Origin: Patescibacteria group bacterium
GTDB lineage: Bacteria > Patescibacteriota > WWE3 > JAMCXX01 > JBBTUG01
DNA length: 64,000 nucleotides
Assembly: GCA_038063895.1 (NCBI GenBank)
Contig: JBBTUG010000012.1
Location: forward strand, 78,165-142,164
Direction of reading: 5' to 3'
Below the pieces are notes generated by a model that saw nothing but the letters and a program-made list of their open reading frames with translations, ran no database searches and was not told the origin of the DNA. The translations under genes were made by a program, and so were the position numbers. Positions 49,172 through 58,480 of the stretch are shown piece after piece (the stretch's first letter is position 1; every line of letters starts with the position of its first letter).

Positions 49172-49201
49172 ATGTTACCCGACTGTTTAGTCAGTTGTCA
49201 A
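49172..49201 (-). promoter_or_regulatory. lexA promoter with overlapping palindromic operator candidate
   Basis: TTGACA-18 nt-TAACAT; spacer contains CTGACT-AAAC-AGTCGG (49179..49194). Confidence 0.6.
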
Positions 49202-49257
49202 TAGGTGATGTTCACGAAGAAGGGATGTGGCGATTAACATAAAGATAAAACCTAAAC

Positions 49258-49396
49258 TAAAAAAAGCAGAAAGCTGGCGGCGGGTAAGGTTTTATAAGGT
49301 GCGAAGTCACGTTTACCGTGACGAAGATGTCTTAGATAATTCCAAGACGATTGTCCCACCGCCAACTTTCTGCCTTTCAATAATTAGTACCCTATC
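49258..49396 (-). ncRNA. Candidate structured small RNA (unassigned)
   Basis: Upstream consensus promoter; 19-bp closing stem with two G-U pairs on minus strand only; two inner hairpins; U7 tract. Confidence 0.5.
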
Positions 49397-49401
49397 TTAC
49401 C

Positions 49402-49430
49402 ATTTTAACACAAATGTCCTATAATGTCAA
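49402..49430 (-). promoter_or_regulatory. Sigma70 promoter of the candidate sRNA
   Basis: TTGACA-17 nt-TAAAAT with TGn extension. Confidence 0.75.
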
Positions 49431-49485
49431 CTATAAGGGTATATTAGGAGTGGGGTTAAACTGTGATAAAATGGAAATTGAAAGG

Positions 49486-49560
49486 GGCGCGGTGGCGAAG
49501 TGGAAACGCTGGAGTCTGCAAAACTTCGATGCGAGGGTTCGATTCCCTCCCGCGCCTCCA
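49486..49560 (+). tRNA. tRNA-Cys(GCA)
   Basis: GGCGCGG/CCGCGCC acceptor, U73, CCA; anticodon loop CTGCAAA; GGTTCGATTCC. Confidence 0.96.
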
Positions 49561-49570
49561 TCGGAAAAAC

Positions 49571-50086
49571 TTACCTCTTAACTTTAAAAAACCTTTTCTG
49601 GTTTTTCGATGGCGACTCGGGGCCGGGGGAAGCTTGTTTCTTTATTTGATTAGTCACTGCCTCAGTCACTTCTTCAATTCCCTTGGCGACTTTTTCTCTG
49701 CCGGCGGTAAACGCTTTGCTGATCTCCCCAGTCACCGGTTCGGAAAATTCCGTAACCTCCTCAACCACCGAACCGACAGTTGCTTCAATTTTCTCTTTCA
49801 GCGGAGCGAGCTCTTCCTGCACCCGTTCAAAAACCGGGGCCACGGTTTCTTTAAGCTCGGTCACTAAGGGTTCTAAGTCTTCTTTGATTTGGCCATATGC
49901 GTCGTCAAACTGTTCTTTCACTTCACCGTACTTTTCTTTTAGTTCCTTACCCTTAATTTTAAGTCTTTTCCGAGTCCGCTCGCCGTTGTCCGGGGCGAAC
50001 AAAACCCCGAGTACCGCTCCAAGCGACGCTCCTAAAATAATTCCGAAAAGAAACTTGCCGCCTTTCTTACAATTATTTTGGCACAT
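49571..50086 (-). CDS. YtxH-domain protein
   Basis: FLFGIILGASLGAVLGVLFAP..GERTR. Confidence 0.85.
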   Translation of the reverse strand: MCQNNCKKGGKFLFGIILGASLGAVLGVLFAPDNGERTRKRLKIKGKELKEKYGEVKEQFDDAYGQIKEDLEPLVTELKETVAPVFERVQEELAPLKEKIEATVGSVVEEVTEFSEPVTGEISKAFTAGREKVAKGIEEVTEAVTNQIKKQASPGPESPSKNQKRFFKVKR

Positions 50087-50088
50087 CT

Positions 50089-50367
50089 TTATTCCTCCTC
50101 CTCACTGCCTTTTTTAACCATCTTCTTAATATTCTTTACGGCCTGAAAAATTTTTAGCCCTTCGGTAAACCCTTCCACTGCTCCGGAAAGGCCGACGATC
50201 GGGCGAGCAACAGCCGCGGACAATTCGCTGACGGTATCAAGAATCCGGTTGACTTTTAAAACCGAACCCCGGACCTCTTTTAAAACCAGAACGATGTAGA
50301 CCCCGACAAAAAGGACATTAATAGTTAACAGAAGGAGAATTAATACGAGCAGTGTTTGGGTATCCAT
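50089..50367 (-). CDS. Small membrane protein (YtxG/DUF948-like)
   Basis: N-terminal TM then amphipathic helix, upstream of ytxH-like gene; start ATG 50367. Confidence 0.6.
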   Translation of the reverse strand: MDTQTLLVLILLLLTINVLFVGVYIVLVLKEVRGSVLKVNRILDTVSELSAAVARPIVGLSGAVEGFTEGLKIFQAVKNIKKMVKKGSEEEE

Positions 50368-50437
50368 CTCGGGCAGTTTTCCTCTCAGAAGAAGTATCCC
50401 ATGAGGAGTTCGGGGTGTCAATTAACCGATAAAAAAA

Positions 50438-51385
50438 TTAGGGAAAGTTTTTATAGACGACTTGACCTTCCTCGCCCAAGGGTCCGAGATCCTTGCCGTT
50501 GACGACCGCCCTGACCGAACCGCCGTTGCCGGCCCGCACCCGGATTGAATTCCGGGAACGGAAGGTTTTCTCAAATCCGGAAAGCGCCAGCCCTTTGTAA
50601 AGAGTGGTTTCGCCTTCGGTTATATCCAGCCAGGAGGCCTGCGGACCGATCTTTAAAATTACTTCTGATCCGTAAATCTCAGGAGCCGCCGGAGAACTGG
50701 CCTCCTTCGTTAACGCGGTCTCGCTTTGCCCGGAGCCTGACGTGCCTTCTTCCACGATAATCGTCCGGGTGATTTTTCGCTCTTTCCCGAGTTTATTAAC
50801 CGCCAGAAAATTGATGACATTAACTCCGGGCGAAAGACTAAGCGTTTCCGCAAACTGACCATTTTCCCCCAGGCTTATTTTTTGGCCGTTGATACTAAGA
50901 ACTGCATCCCGGTCGGCCTTTCCGGAAACCCGCAAAGTTGACGAAGAAGTTTTAAGATCAGTAGCGAGGCCATCAAGATTTAAAAGCGGCGCTTCGGCAA
51001 AAGAGCGGTAGGCGAAAGCCAGATAGAGAAAAAAAGCCAAGACTAAAACCACCGTAAAGACGCCCACGACAATTCCGGGGGTAATCGAAAAGGGAGAAGA
51101 TAAGGGGCTGATTTCCAGAGTCCTTTTTTTCCCTTTTTCCTCATCGTATTCCCGCCGCCAAAAGGCGAGAATCTGTTCGACGTTCAGCCCTAGGTACTCC
51201 GCATAATTTTTTAGAAAGCCTTTTAGGTGAACTGGGGAGGAAAAAATTTCGTAAGTTCCCTCTTCCAGTGCCTGCAAAAAACGAGGGTGGATTTTCAAAT
51301 CTTGCTGCGCCTGTTCGAGAGTTAAACCTTTCTGCTCCCGGACTTTTTTTAAGATGGAGGCGACGGTCCGCATATTAGAAACCAT
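50438..51385 (-). CDS. RodZ-like HTH membrane protein
   Basis: LQALEEG..KGFLKNYAEYLGL, TM, Ig-like segment, C-terminal RAGNGGSV..NGKDLG. Confidence 0.8.
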   Translation of the reverse strand: MVSNMRTVASILKKVREQKGLTLEQAQQDLKIHPRFLQALEEGTYEIFSSPVHLKGFLKNYAEYLGLNVEQILAFWRREYDEEKGKKRTLEISPLSSPFSITPGIVVGVFTVVLVLAFFLYLAFAYRSFAEAPLLNLDGLATDLKTSSSTLRVSGKADRDAVLSINGQKISLGENGQFAETLSLSPGVNVINFLAVNKLGKERKITRTIIVEEGTSGSGQSETALTKEASSPAAPEIYGSEVILKIGPQASWLDITEGETTLYKGLALSGFEKTFRSRNSIRVRAGNGGSVRAVVNGKDLGPLGEEGQVVYKNFP

Positions 51386-51398
51386 AATTTATTTCCAT

Positions 51399-53669
51399 TT
51401 AGGAAGGAAAATCTTCTTCAATCCCGTCCGGGGAAGTTGGAGGGGTGGCCTCCGGCTGTTGGGCGCTGCTCTTTCCTAGTACCTGCTCCGGATCGTGGAT
51501 CAGGACATCGCGGGGCTTGGCGCCCTCCCCCGGACTGACAATCCCCCGCGCCTCGAGCTCATCTATCAACCTTGCCGCTCGGGCGTAACCGACCCGGAGT
51601 CGGCGCTGGAAAAGAGAAGCCGAAGCTTTCCCTTCCTGGCAAACCGTCCGGACGGCTTCGGCGAAAAGTTCGTCTTCGCCGCCGCCTTCATGGGTATTTT
51701 TTATCGGAGCGACATCAGTAATCTCCTCCTGGTATTGCGGGGTGAAGTTGCTTTGCTTTAGAAAATCGATTAATTTTTTCAACTCCCCCGGCGACACATA
51801 AACGCCCTGCAACCGTTTCGGCTTACTCGCTTCCGGCGGGACATAAAGCATATCCCCCCGGCCCAAAAGCTTTTCGGAACCGGCCTGGTCGATAATTACC
51901 CGGGAGTCGATTTGGCTGACGGTATTAAAAGCAATCCGGCAGGGAATATTCGCTTTAATAAGTCCGGTAATAACCCGGACATCCGGGCGCTGGGTCGACA
52001 AGATTAAATGAATCCCCGTCGCACGGGATAGTTGGGCCAGGCGGCAGATGGCTTTTTCCGCCTCGACCGGAGCCAGCGCCATCATATCCGCCAGCTCATC
52101 GACCATGATAATGACGTAGGGCAAAGCTTGGAAACCGGACAACTCATTATAACCGCCCAAATCGCGGACCTTGGCGCTTTGAAAGAGCCGGTACCGTCGG
52201 TCCATCTCCCCAATCGCCCACTTTAAAGCCGCCAGAACTTTCTCCGGATCGTTAATCACCGGAGTTAAAAGATGCGGGATCCCGTTGTACTCCGAAAGTT
52301 CCACCCGCTTGGTGTCGACAAGAATTAATTTGACCTCGGAGGGCGAGGCGCGGAAGAGAAGGCTGGATAAAAAAGCGTGCATCATCGTACTTTTACCGGA
52401 ACCGGTAGCACCGGCAACAAGAGCGTGAGGCATCCGGCCGATATCTGCCACAAAAGCATCCCCGGCGACATCCTGACCTAAAGCGACCGTCAGTTTCGAT
52501 TTTGAATTCTTCATCGGAGCGGAGGACAAAATACTTTTTAACGTGACTACGGAGGAAGATATATTCGGAACCTCAATCCCAATCAAGGACTTTCCCGGAA
52601 TCGGAGCTTCAATCCTGACAGAGCCGGTGGGAGAAGCCAAAGCCAGCGCCAAATCATTCTGCAGGCTTTTTATCTGGATAATTTTTGTCCCTTGGGCCGA
52701 TTCCAACGCGTACTGGGTTACCGCCGGACCTTTGTTTATCTCCACCACCTTCGCCCGGATCCCGAAAGAATCGAGCGCCTGTTCGATTAAAGCCGCGTTT
52801 TGGTTGGTATCACCCCGGTTGGCGTCAGCCCCAACGGCCTCGGAAAGAAGGGATAAGGGCGGGTATTCCCAAACCTCCGCCAGCTCGGGAATCTTCGGTC
52901 CGGTTTTTTTCTCTCTCGGAACAACCGGCACCGGCAGGAGGCTTTCTGCAGTTACCGGTTCCGCCGGCAAAGGCAGAATCTCGAGGGCATTTTCCTTTTT
53001 CCCTTCGGTTTTTTTCGGTTCCGGTTTTTCCGCCCGGGCCGGCTCCTCTTCCTCCCACGTTTCTTCAGTTTTTATTGCTACTCTTTTCGGCAGACGAAGA
53101 CCTTGTTGGGGAAGGAAGCCTGAAACCAGAGTCGTAACCCGGAGGGCTATATTCGAAAAAAAGAGAAATATTTTGTCCAGTGGAGTATTAAAAGTCACCA
53201 CCCAGGAAAAGGCCAGACCGGCAATGGCAATAAAAAAAGCGCCAAGACTGGAAAAGTACCGGCGGAGAGAACTAGAAAGCATAAACCCAAAGTAGCCGCC
53301 GCCCTGACCCAAAGCTGCGGCCTCCTTAGCCCGCTCCAAAGGGATAAAAAGATGCGCCAGACTGACAAAGGAAAGGGTAAAAATCAGCAGACCCAAAAGA
53401 TGGTTGAGGCGGAGACCCGGCAAACGGAAAGATCTCATCAGCAGAAGTCCGGAAAGACCTAAAAGGGGCGGGACGAGAAAAATTCCCAAACCGAAAAAGG
53501 AATTTAGGGCGTCCTGGAGACGGTTATTAAATTCCGCGGCCTGCGCAAAAAAAGAAATTAAGGTTAATACGGAAAGCAAAAGCAGCGTAATCGACGTTAA
53601 AGAAAGAATACTTTCCGGAGAAATTTTCAGCTTAAAATGACGGTAACCACGGCGGCGACGGGCAACCAT
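51399..53669 (-). CDS. ftsK: DNA translocase FtsK
   Basis: 4TM N-terminus, PHALVAGATGSGKS, DELADMM, TQRP, gamma domain QRRLRVGYARAAR. Confidence 0.96.
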   Translation of the reverse strand: MVARRRRGYRHFKLKISPESILSLTSITLLLLSVLTLISFFAQAAEFNNRLQDALNSFFGLGIFLVPPLLGLSGLLLMRSFRLPGLRLNHLLGLLIFTLSFVSLAHLFIPLERAKEAAALGQGGGYFGFMLSSSLRRYFSSLGAFFIAIAGLAFSWVVTFNTPLDKIFLFFSNIALRVTTLVSGFLPQQGLRLPKRVAIKTEETWEEEEPARAEKPEPKKTEGKKENALEILPLPAEPVTAESLLPVPVVPREKKTGPKIPELAEVWEYPPLSLLSEAVGADANRGDTNQNAALIEQALDSFGIRAKVVEINKGPAVTQYALESAQGTKIIQIKSLQNDLALALASPTGSVRIEAPIPGKSLIGIEVPNISSSVVTLKSILSSAPMKNSKSKLTVALGQDVAGDAFVADIGRMPHALVAGATGSGKSTMMHAFLSSLLFRASPSEVKLILVDTKRVELSEYNGIPHLLTPVINDPEKVLAALKWAIGEMDRRYRLFQSAKVRDLGGYNELSGFQALPYVIIMVDELADMMALAPVEAEKAICRLAQLSRATGIHLILSTQRPDVRVITGLIKANIPCRIAFNTVSQIDSRVIIDQAGSEKLLGRGDMLYVPPEASKPKRLQGVYVSPGELKKLIDFLKQSNFTPQYQEEITDVAPIKNTHEGGGEDELFAEAVRTVCQEGKASASLFQRRLRVGYARAARLIDELEARGIVSPGEGAKPRDVLIHDPEQVLGKSSAQQPEATPPTSPDGIEEDFPS

Positions 53670-53710
53670 AACACGGGTATTATCACATACTCAGACAGAG
53701 GAGGCAAAAG

Positions 53711-55405
53711 TTAAATATCTAGAATAACCGGAAGGACTAAAGGGTGGCGGAGGGTTTGGCGGGAAACAAATTTCATCAATTCTTTCCGCAGACAGCGGAT
53801 AGCTTCCGTCCGGTTGCTCCTGACTAACGGTTCGTTCTCCGCAAAAAAACGCTTAACTTCTGTTTCCACTTTCGCGAAAAGAGCCTCCCCGCGGTCTTCC
53901 TGGGTAAAACCACGGCTTAAGGCTTCGACTTTAACCGGAGTGAACCCGTCTTTGAGAACCACCGAAACGACCAACACGCCGTCATTAGCTAAGAGCTGAC
54001 GGTCCCGCATAATTTTTCCGCCCAAGTCCTCAACCCCGGAGCTGTCAACGTAGACGCCGGTTAACGGAATTTTTTCTCCCCGCAAGGCTTTCTGCCCGGA
54101 CGTAAAGCGCAAAAATTGACCCGCCTCCATCTTAAAAACATCTTCGGGATGGACCCCTAACGGCTCAACCATCTTCGTGTACGCCTGAGCATGGCGTAAG
54201 GTGCCCCCGATCGGAATAAAGTAGCGGGGGGAAAGCAACGAGGCCAGCATTAATAAGTCGCCGCGGGAACCGTGACCGGAAGTATGCAAATTTTCCTGGG
54301 TGTCGTAGTAATAAACATCCGCCCCCAATCCGGTTAACCGGTCAACTAGACTATCAACGTGCTCTTTGGCGCCGGGAGGGGCCGGGTCGCCGGAAAAAAC
54401 CACCGAGGCTCCGGGAAGGATGGAAACGAAGCGGTAATCACGGCGGGCTAACTTTGCTAAAACCGAGTTAGGCTGGCCGTAGCAGCCGGTCACGATATAA
54501 AGAATCTGGGATTGCGGAAAATCCATTGCTTGTTCCGCCTTGATCCAGGTTTTCTTCACCAAATGCAGATAACCGAGGCGTCCGGCCACCAGCGTATTCC
54601 GCTCAATCGAGCGGCCGAGGAAGCAAACCCGACGGCCAAGTTTTTCGGCGACGTTGATCGCCTGCTGCATCCGAGAAATATTGGAAGAGATGGTCGTTAA
54701 AAATATCTGCCGTTTGGCTTGGGAAAATATATTGAAAAATTCGCCGCCGATTTCCATCTCGGAACGGGTGTAGCCGTCGGTCGAGGCTCCGAGCGAGTCC
54801 GTAAAAAGGGCTAGGGGGCGGCCGTCGGCCAGGGTTAACATCCGGGCCACATCAAACGGCTTATCCATCACCGGGGTCCAGTCGAATTTAAAATCGGCGA
54901 CGTGGAAAATTTTTCCCACCGGCGTTTCGATGCACAGCGCCGTCGAATCCGGCACAGAATGATTAATCCGGAAGGGACTAATCTTAAAAGGCCCTAGGGT
55001 TACGGAGTCTTTTTCAGGATCGAGCACCCGGATATCGCGGTCGTGCAAATTAAAATCCTCCAATTTAGCTTTAATAAATCCGGCAACGAGTTTTGAAGCA
55101 TAGACGGGAACGTGTAAATCTTCGAGAAAATAAGGCAGGGCGCCGAAGTGGTCTTCGTGGCCGTGAGTTATTACAACTCCTAAAACATTATTGCGCCGCT
55201 CAAACAGATAGGAGAAATCGGGGAGGACAATTTCGACGCCGGGCATATCCGAATCAGGAAAATCGATCCCACAATCAACGACGAGAATCTGCCCGTTGTA
55301 TTCGTACAGGTGCATATTTTTATTTACGTCGCCCGCCCCGCCCAAAGAGAGGTAACGTAGCTCATTCGCCGGATAAGTTTTGTGTTTCTTTTCTTTAAAT
55401 TGCAT
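53711..55405 (-). CDS. rnj: Ribonuclease J
   Basis: THGHEDH, NHSVPD, DFKFD, HTSGH. Confidence 0.93.
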   Translation of the reverse strand: MQFKEKKHKTYPANELRYLSLGGAGDVNKNMHLYEYNGQILVVDCGIDFPDSDMPGVEIVLPDFSYLFERRNNVLGVVITHGHEDHFGALPYFLEDLHVPVYASKLVAGFIKAKLEDFNLHDRDIRVLDPEKDSVTLGPFKISPFRINHSVPDSTALCIETPVGKIFHVADFKFDWTPVMDKPFDVARMLTLADGRPLALFTDSLGASTDGYTRSEMEIGGEFFNIFSQAKRQIFLTTISSNISRMQQAINVAEKLGRRVCFLGRSIERNTLVAGRLGYLHLVKKTWIKAEQAMDFPQSQILYIVTGCYGQPNSVLAKLARRDYRFVSILPGASVVFSGDPAPPGAKEHVDSLVDRLTGLGADVYYYDTQENLHTSGHGSRGDLLMLASLLSPRYFIPIGGTLRHAQAYTKMVEPLGVHPEDVFKMEAGQFLRFTSGQKALRGEKIPLTGVYVDSSGVEDLGGKIMRDRQLLANDGVLVVSVVLKDGFTPVKVEALSRGFTQEDRGEALFAKVETEVKRFFAENEPLVRSNRTEAIRCLRKELMKFVSRQTLRHPLVLPVILDI

Positions 55406-55423
55406 AACTATAACCCGCATCTA

Positions 55424-56041
55424 TCATATCAAACTCATCTGATTCTCGTCGTCTTTTTTCTTCCCTACGACTTTCATCTCACTCTTATCCATCTTCAAAA
55501 TCGCAGGGATTCGGCGGAACTCGGCCTTAAGCTGGAGCAGAACCTTTTCCGACCGAAGCGCGGCCGCCGGGTGATAAAGCGGATAAATTATTTTTCCGGA
55601 CACATAAAACGGTTTGCCGTGGTCGCGGGAAATTTTGCCGTCAGGCAGAAAATGTTCGAGAGCATAACGGCCGAGGGGGATAATCATCTTCGGGCCGATG
55701 GCCTTCAGCTGCTCGATTAAAAAAGCTTTACAGGTCCGGACTTCATCCACCATCGGATTGCGGTTTTCCGGAGGCCGGCATTTAACTACGTTGCTGATCC
55801 AAACTTTTTCCCGCCGGGTTCCGATCGAACGCAGCAGCATCTCCAAAAGATCCCCCGCCCGGCCGACGAAGGGTTTGCCTTGCTGATCTTCGTTGTAGCC
55901 CGGACCCTCACCAACAAAACAAATCTGGGCGTTCGAGTCGCCGACGCCCGGAACAGCGTAGTGTCGGGTCCGGTAAAGGCGGCAAAGTTTGCAGCGAATT
56001 ATTTGGCGGGCAAGCTGTTCCAGCAGTTTCTCTTTATGCAT
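55424..56041 (-). CDS. Family-4 uracil-DNA glycosylase (Fe-S)
   Basis: CKLC, GEGPG, PFVGRAG, NVVKCRPP, HPAAAL. Confidence 0.93.
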   Translation of the reverse strand: MHKEKLLEQLARQIIRCKLCRLYRTRHYAVPGVGDSNAQICFVGEGPGYNEDQQGKPFVGRAGDLLEMLLRSIGTRREKVWISNVVKCRPPENRNPMVDEVRTCKAFLIEQLKAIGPKMIIPLGRYALEHFLPDGKISRDHGKPFYVSGKIIYPLYHPAAALRSEKVLLQLKAEFRRIPAILKMDKSEMKVVGKKKDDENQMSLI

Positions 56042-56103
56042 TTGGAAAAAGTTTCTTCAGCGATTCAACAAGGAGGATAGCACAGATGAAAAAAGTTAAA
56101 AAG
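55961..56103 (-). repeat. Direct repeat A (udg upstream region + 5' end)
   Basis: Aligns ungapped with 58400..58542 (offset 2439). Confidence 0.8.
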
Positions 56104-56127
56104 GCAGAAAAGTGGAAAAGGTAACTT

Positions 56128-56958
56128 CTACAGCCTATGCAGTATCCGGTCACACTCCCCAACACCAACCTCTTGACCGTGCTCGGTCAATAAAGCTTGT
56201 TCCGTAAGACACTCTAATACGGGATAGTAGAAGTGAACGTCCGGTTCCCATTCTTTGTTAGTTAAGACCAAGTCGTAGAGATTGATTAAGGCGGTGTACT
56301 CTTGGGGAAAGAGGTGGTTGACCTTAACCGGCGAGGCTCCGTCCAATTTCCAAACATCCTTCCAGCGGAGAAGATCCCGCTCCATTTTACCGTTACCGGA
56401 AAGGGAGTACTCATGAACGATCTCCTCTTTTATATCACCGTCTAAATCCCGGATTTCGATTTTATTGCTGTTCTCGATCAGCTTTAGGATCAGCTTGAAC
56501 CGCCCCTTCCCGTACGAGTAAAGATAAAAAGGATGAACCCCGGCGGTCCCGGTATTGGCGTACTGGACCAAGAAATAACTATCCCCACCGGTGCTGCTAC
56601 CGCCGAGGTTGTCAAACCGAAACCAGTCAAGGTATTCTCCGGGCACGGGAAAGTAGTTGTCTCTTAGATAAGGCTTACCCTCGGGCAACCATTCGATAAA
56701 ATTATTTTGATAGTCGATCAGGGCTAGTCCGGACAGGTTGGCAATAAGATTATAGACGGAGGCGACTTGCCGGTTCTCACCGAGATTGCTAGTCATTTCG
56801 ATACTTAACGATTTGGCCGGATAATTTCGCAGCAAAAGGTAGCGGCGCGTATCTTCAATTCCTAAAACCTTTCGCTGTGAACGTTCTTTAAGCGCCCAGA
56901 CAGTTACCGCTAACACCAACAGGGCCAGGCTTAAATAAATTATTTTCCTTCTGCCCAT
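56128..56958 (-). CDS. Membrane-anchored DxDxD-motif protein; candidate lysozyme inhibitor/immunity protein
   Basis: N-terminal TM; NTGTAG..FYLY, RDLDGDIKEEIV; overlaps upstream lysozyme-fold gene by 19 nt. Confidence 0.6.
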   Translation of the reverse strand: MGRRKIIYLSLALLVLAVTVWALKERSQRKVLGIEDTRRYLLLRNYPAKSLSIEMTSNLGENRQVASVYNLIANLSGLALIDYQNNFIEWLPEGKPYLRDNYFPVPGEYLDWFRFDNLGGSSTGGDSYFLVQYANTGTAGVHPFYLYSYGKGRFKLILKLIENSNKIEIRDLDGDIKEEIVHEYSLSGNGKMERDLLRWKDVWKLDGASPVKVNHLFPQEYTALINLYDLVLTNKEWEPDVHFYYPVLECLTEQALLTEHGQEVGVGECDRILHRL

Positions 56959-58301
56959 ACCGTCTCTCCTTGACTGTCAGTTCCTTCCAGATGAACCTTC
57001 CAGGTATCAAGAGTGTAGTTTTCAGCTTGGGCGGAAGCGTTGTAATAATAGACAGCCTCACGCCAAGACAGCCACCAGCGCCGGTAAGGAGGGTTGAGCG
57101 ACTCGGTTTCCGGCCCGCTGAATTGTTGAGCCTTGTGGTAGAGCCAACGGACACCCCAAAAAATACTTTCCTGCGGTGTGGTCACTTTAATCGGTAGTCG
57201 TTCCGGCGGGTAGCTATAGCTGAGATGTTTATAGACAGCTTCATTAATGAACTCGTTGGCGGCGTTTTTAAATTTCTCTTCCGGTTTCATGTGTTGGGGG
57301 GTCTTATTTCTCTCATCCCAAACCTGCATGACGTCCGGAAAAGACGGATAGCCGGTGGAGGACTTGCCGTAACCCATCCGACTCTCAATGTAGATCATGG
57401 CTTTGACCAGATCGGGATTGAGCGGATCGGGTGGCGGAAAATTTTGAGTGAGGAAGAAATTATTCCAAAAGCGAGTTGCCTGCTCAATCGCCGTATCATA
57501 CTTGTTATAGCGGTTATCCTTATACTCTCTTATCTTACCCGCCGTTTCGGAAAGATCCAGTTCGACGTAGTCAACGTAGGGCATTCGGTCGGCGTAGATT
57601 TCAACGTAATGCAAACCTTGAGGTAAGTTCGTTCTAAAGCTGGCAGTTGTCTGTTTATTCAACAGCAGAGAACCGGCAAAGTACCAGAAACGGTAAAACC
57701 ACTCCCGCGGTAACGATTCTTTAGGCTTCTCTTTTAGTTCCCTAAAGTTGGTTTTGACCTCGCCGTCAACCACGATTTTAAGGTCATCGCTATCCCTGTA
57801 TCTTTTCTTGACGATCGCATTAACAGTTAAGGCCGCGAGCGGTATGTTATCAAGGATAAAGGCTAGCCACGGACGGCGGTCCCCATCCTCCGCCGAGCTT
57901 TTGACCCCTATTGACGCAGCTGGTCCTGGCTCCAAGGTGTAGACTTCCAAGCTTTCAAACGTGGCCGTACCGGGAGGGTTTTCCGCGGAAAGAGTTACCT
58001 GATGATCTCCGTCTTTGAGGAAAGTCAGAAAATAGGTGGTCTGGGAGAGGTTGTAGGACTTACCGCCGGAAATCGCGGCCGGCGAGTCAACGAAACGGCT
58101 GGGATTTCCCAACTTGGGATAAATCTTAGCGTCGATCTGGATGGTTAAATCTTCATCATCGGTGGCGTTCGGTCCCAGCTGTTTTTCGCCCTTGGCTCGA
58201 GCCGTGAGTTTAAGGAGGTATAAAGAGGAAGAACTAGAGAACGTAATCTTTTCGTTTCCCTTAATTGTTCTTTTATTCTTATCCGCAAAGATGAGTTCCA
58301 T
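56940..58301 (-). CDS. Paralog of 859..1998 with a different C-terminal lysozyme-like domain
   Basis: Shared ARAK.EKQ, TDD.DL, DSPAA.SGGK, AEDG.RRPW, DSDD.KI.VDG, FWYF, GLHY.E..ADRMP; C-terminal PDLVKAMIYIES, DVMQV, AVYYYN. Confidence 0.8.
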   Translation of the reverse strand: MELIFADKNKRTIKGNEKITFSSSSSLYLLKLTARAKGEKQLGPNATDDEDLTIQIDAKIYPKLGNPSRFVDSPAAISGGKSYNLSQTTYFLTFLKDGDHQVTLSAENPPGTATFESLEVYTLEPGPAASIGVKSSAEDGDRRPWLAFILDNIPLAALTVNAIVKKRYRDSDDLKIVVDGEVKTNFRELKEKPKESLPREWFYRFWYFAGSLLLNKQTTASFRTNLPQGLHYVEIYADRMPYVDYVELDLSETAGKIREYKDNRYNKYDTAIEQATRFWNNFFLTQNFPPPDPLNPDLVKAMIYIESRMGYGKSSTGYPSFPDVMQVWDERNKTPQHMKPEEKFKNAANEFINEAVYKHLSYSYPPERLPIKVTTPQESIFWGVRWLYHKAQQFSGPETESLNPPYRRWWLSWREAVYYYNASAQAENYTLDTWKVHLEGTDSQGETVWAEGK

Positions 58302-58328
58302 TTCGCCTTACTTTCGGTACCTGATTCT

Positions 58329-58358
58329 AGATTAAGGTACGTAGCTGAAGGTTGTCAA
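58329..58358 (-). promoter_or_regulatory. Sigma70 promoter of the second cassette
   Basis: TTGACA-18 nt-TAATCT. Confidence 0.55.
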
Positions 58359-58399
58359 GATAAACTTTTAAGTGAAGCCGCACTGATTAGAAAACTCGG

Positions 58400-58480
58400 G
58401 TTCCTGGCCCGGGGCAGTCAGCAAGTCTGGTAGCGGACCACCTGTTTGGCAATCTGCTCGAGGAGTTTTTCTTTTTGCAT
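58400..58480 (-). pseudogene. Degenerate 5' fragment of uracil-DNA glycosylase (part of direct repeat B, 58400..58542)
   Basis: MQKEKLLEQIAKQVVRYQTC*LPRARN versus intact MHKEKLLEQLARQIIRCKLCRLYRTRH. Confidence 0.8.

Noticed and set aside
49227-49424. 65-aa plus-strand ORF
   Set aside because: No motifs; the region is better explained by the minus-strand promoter and RNA structure.
49463-49867. 134-aa ORF
   Set aside because: Runs through tRNA-Cys and antisense to the ytxH-like gene.
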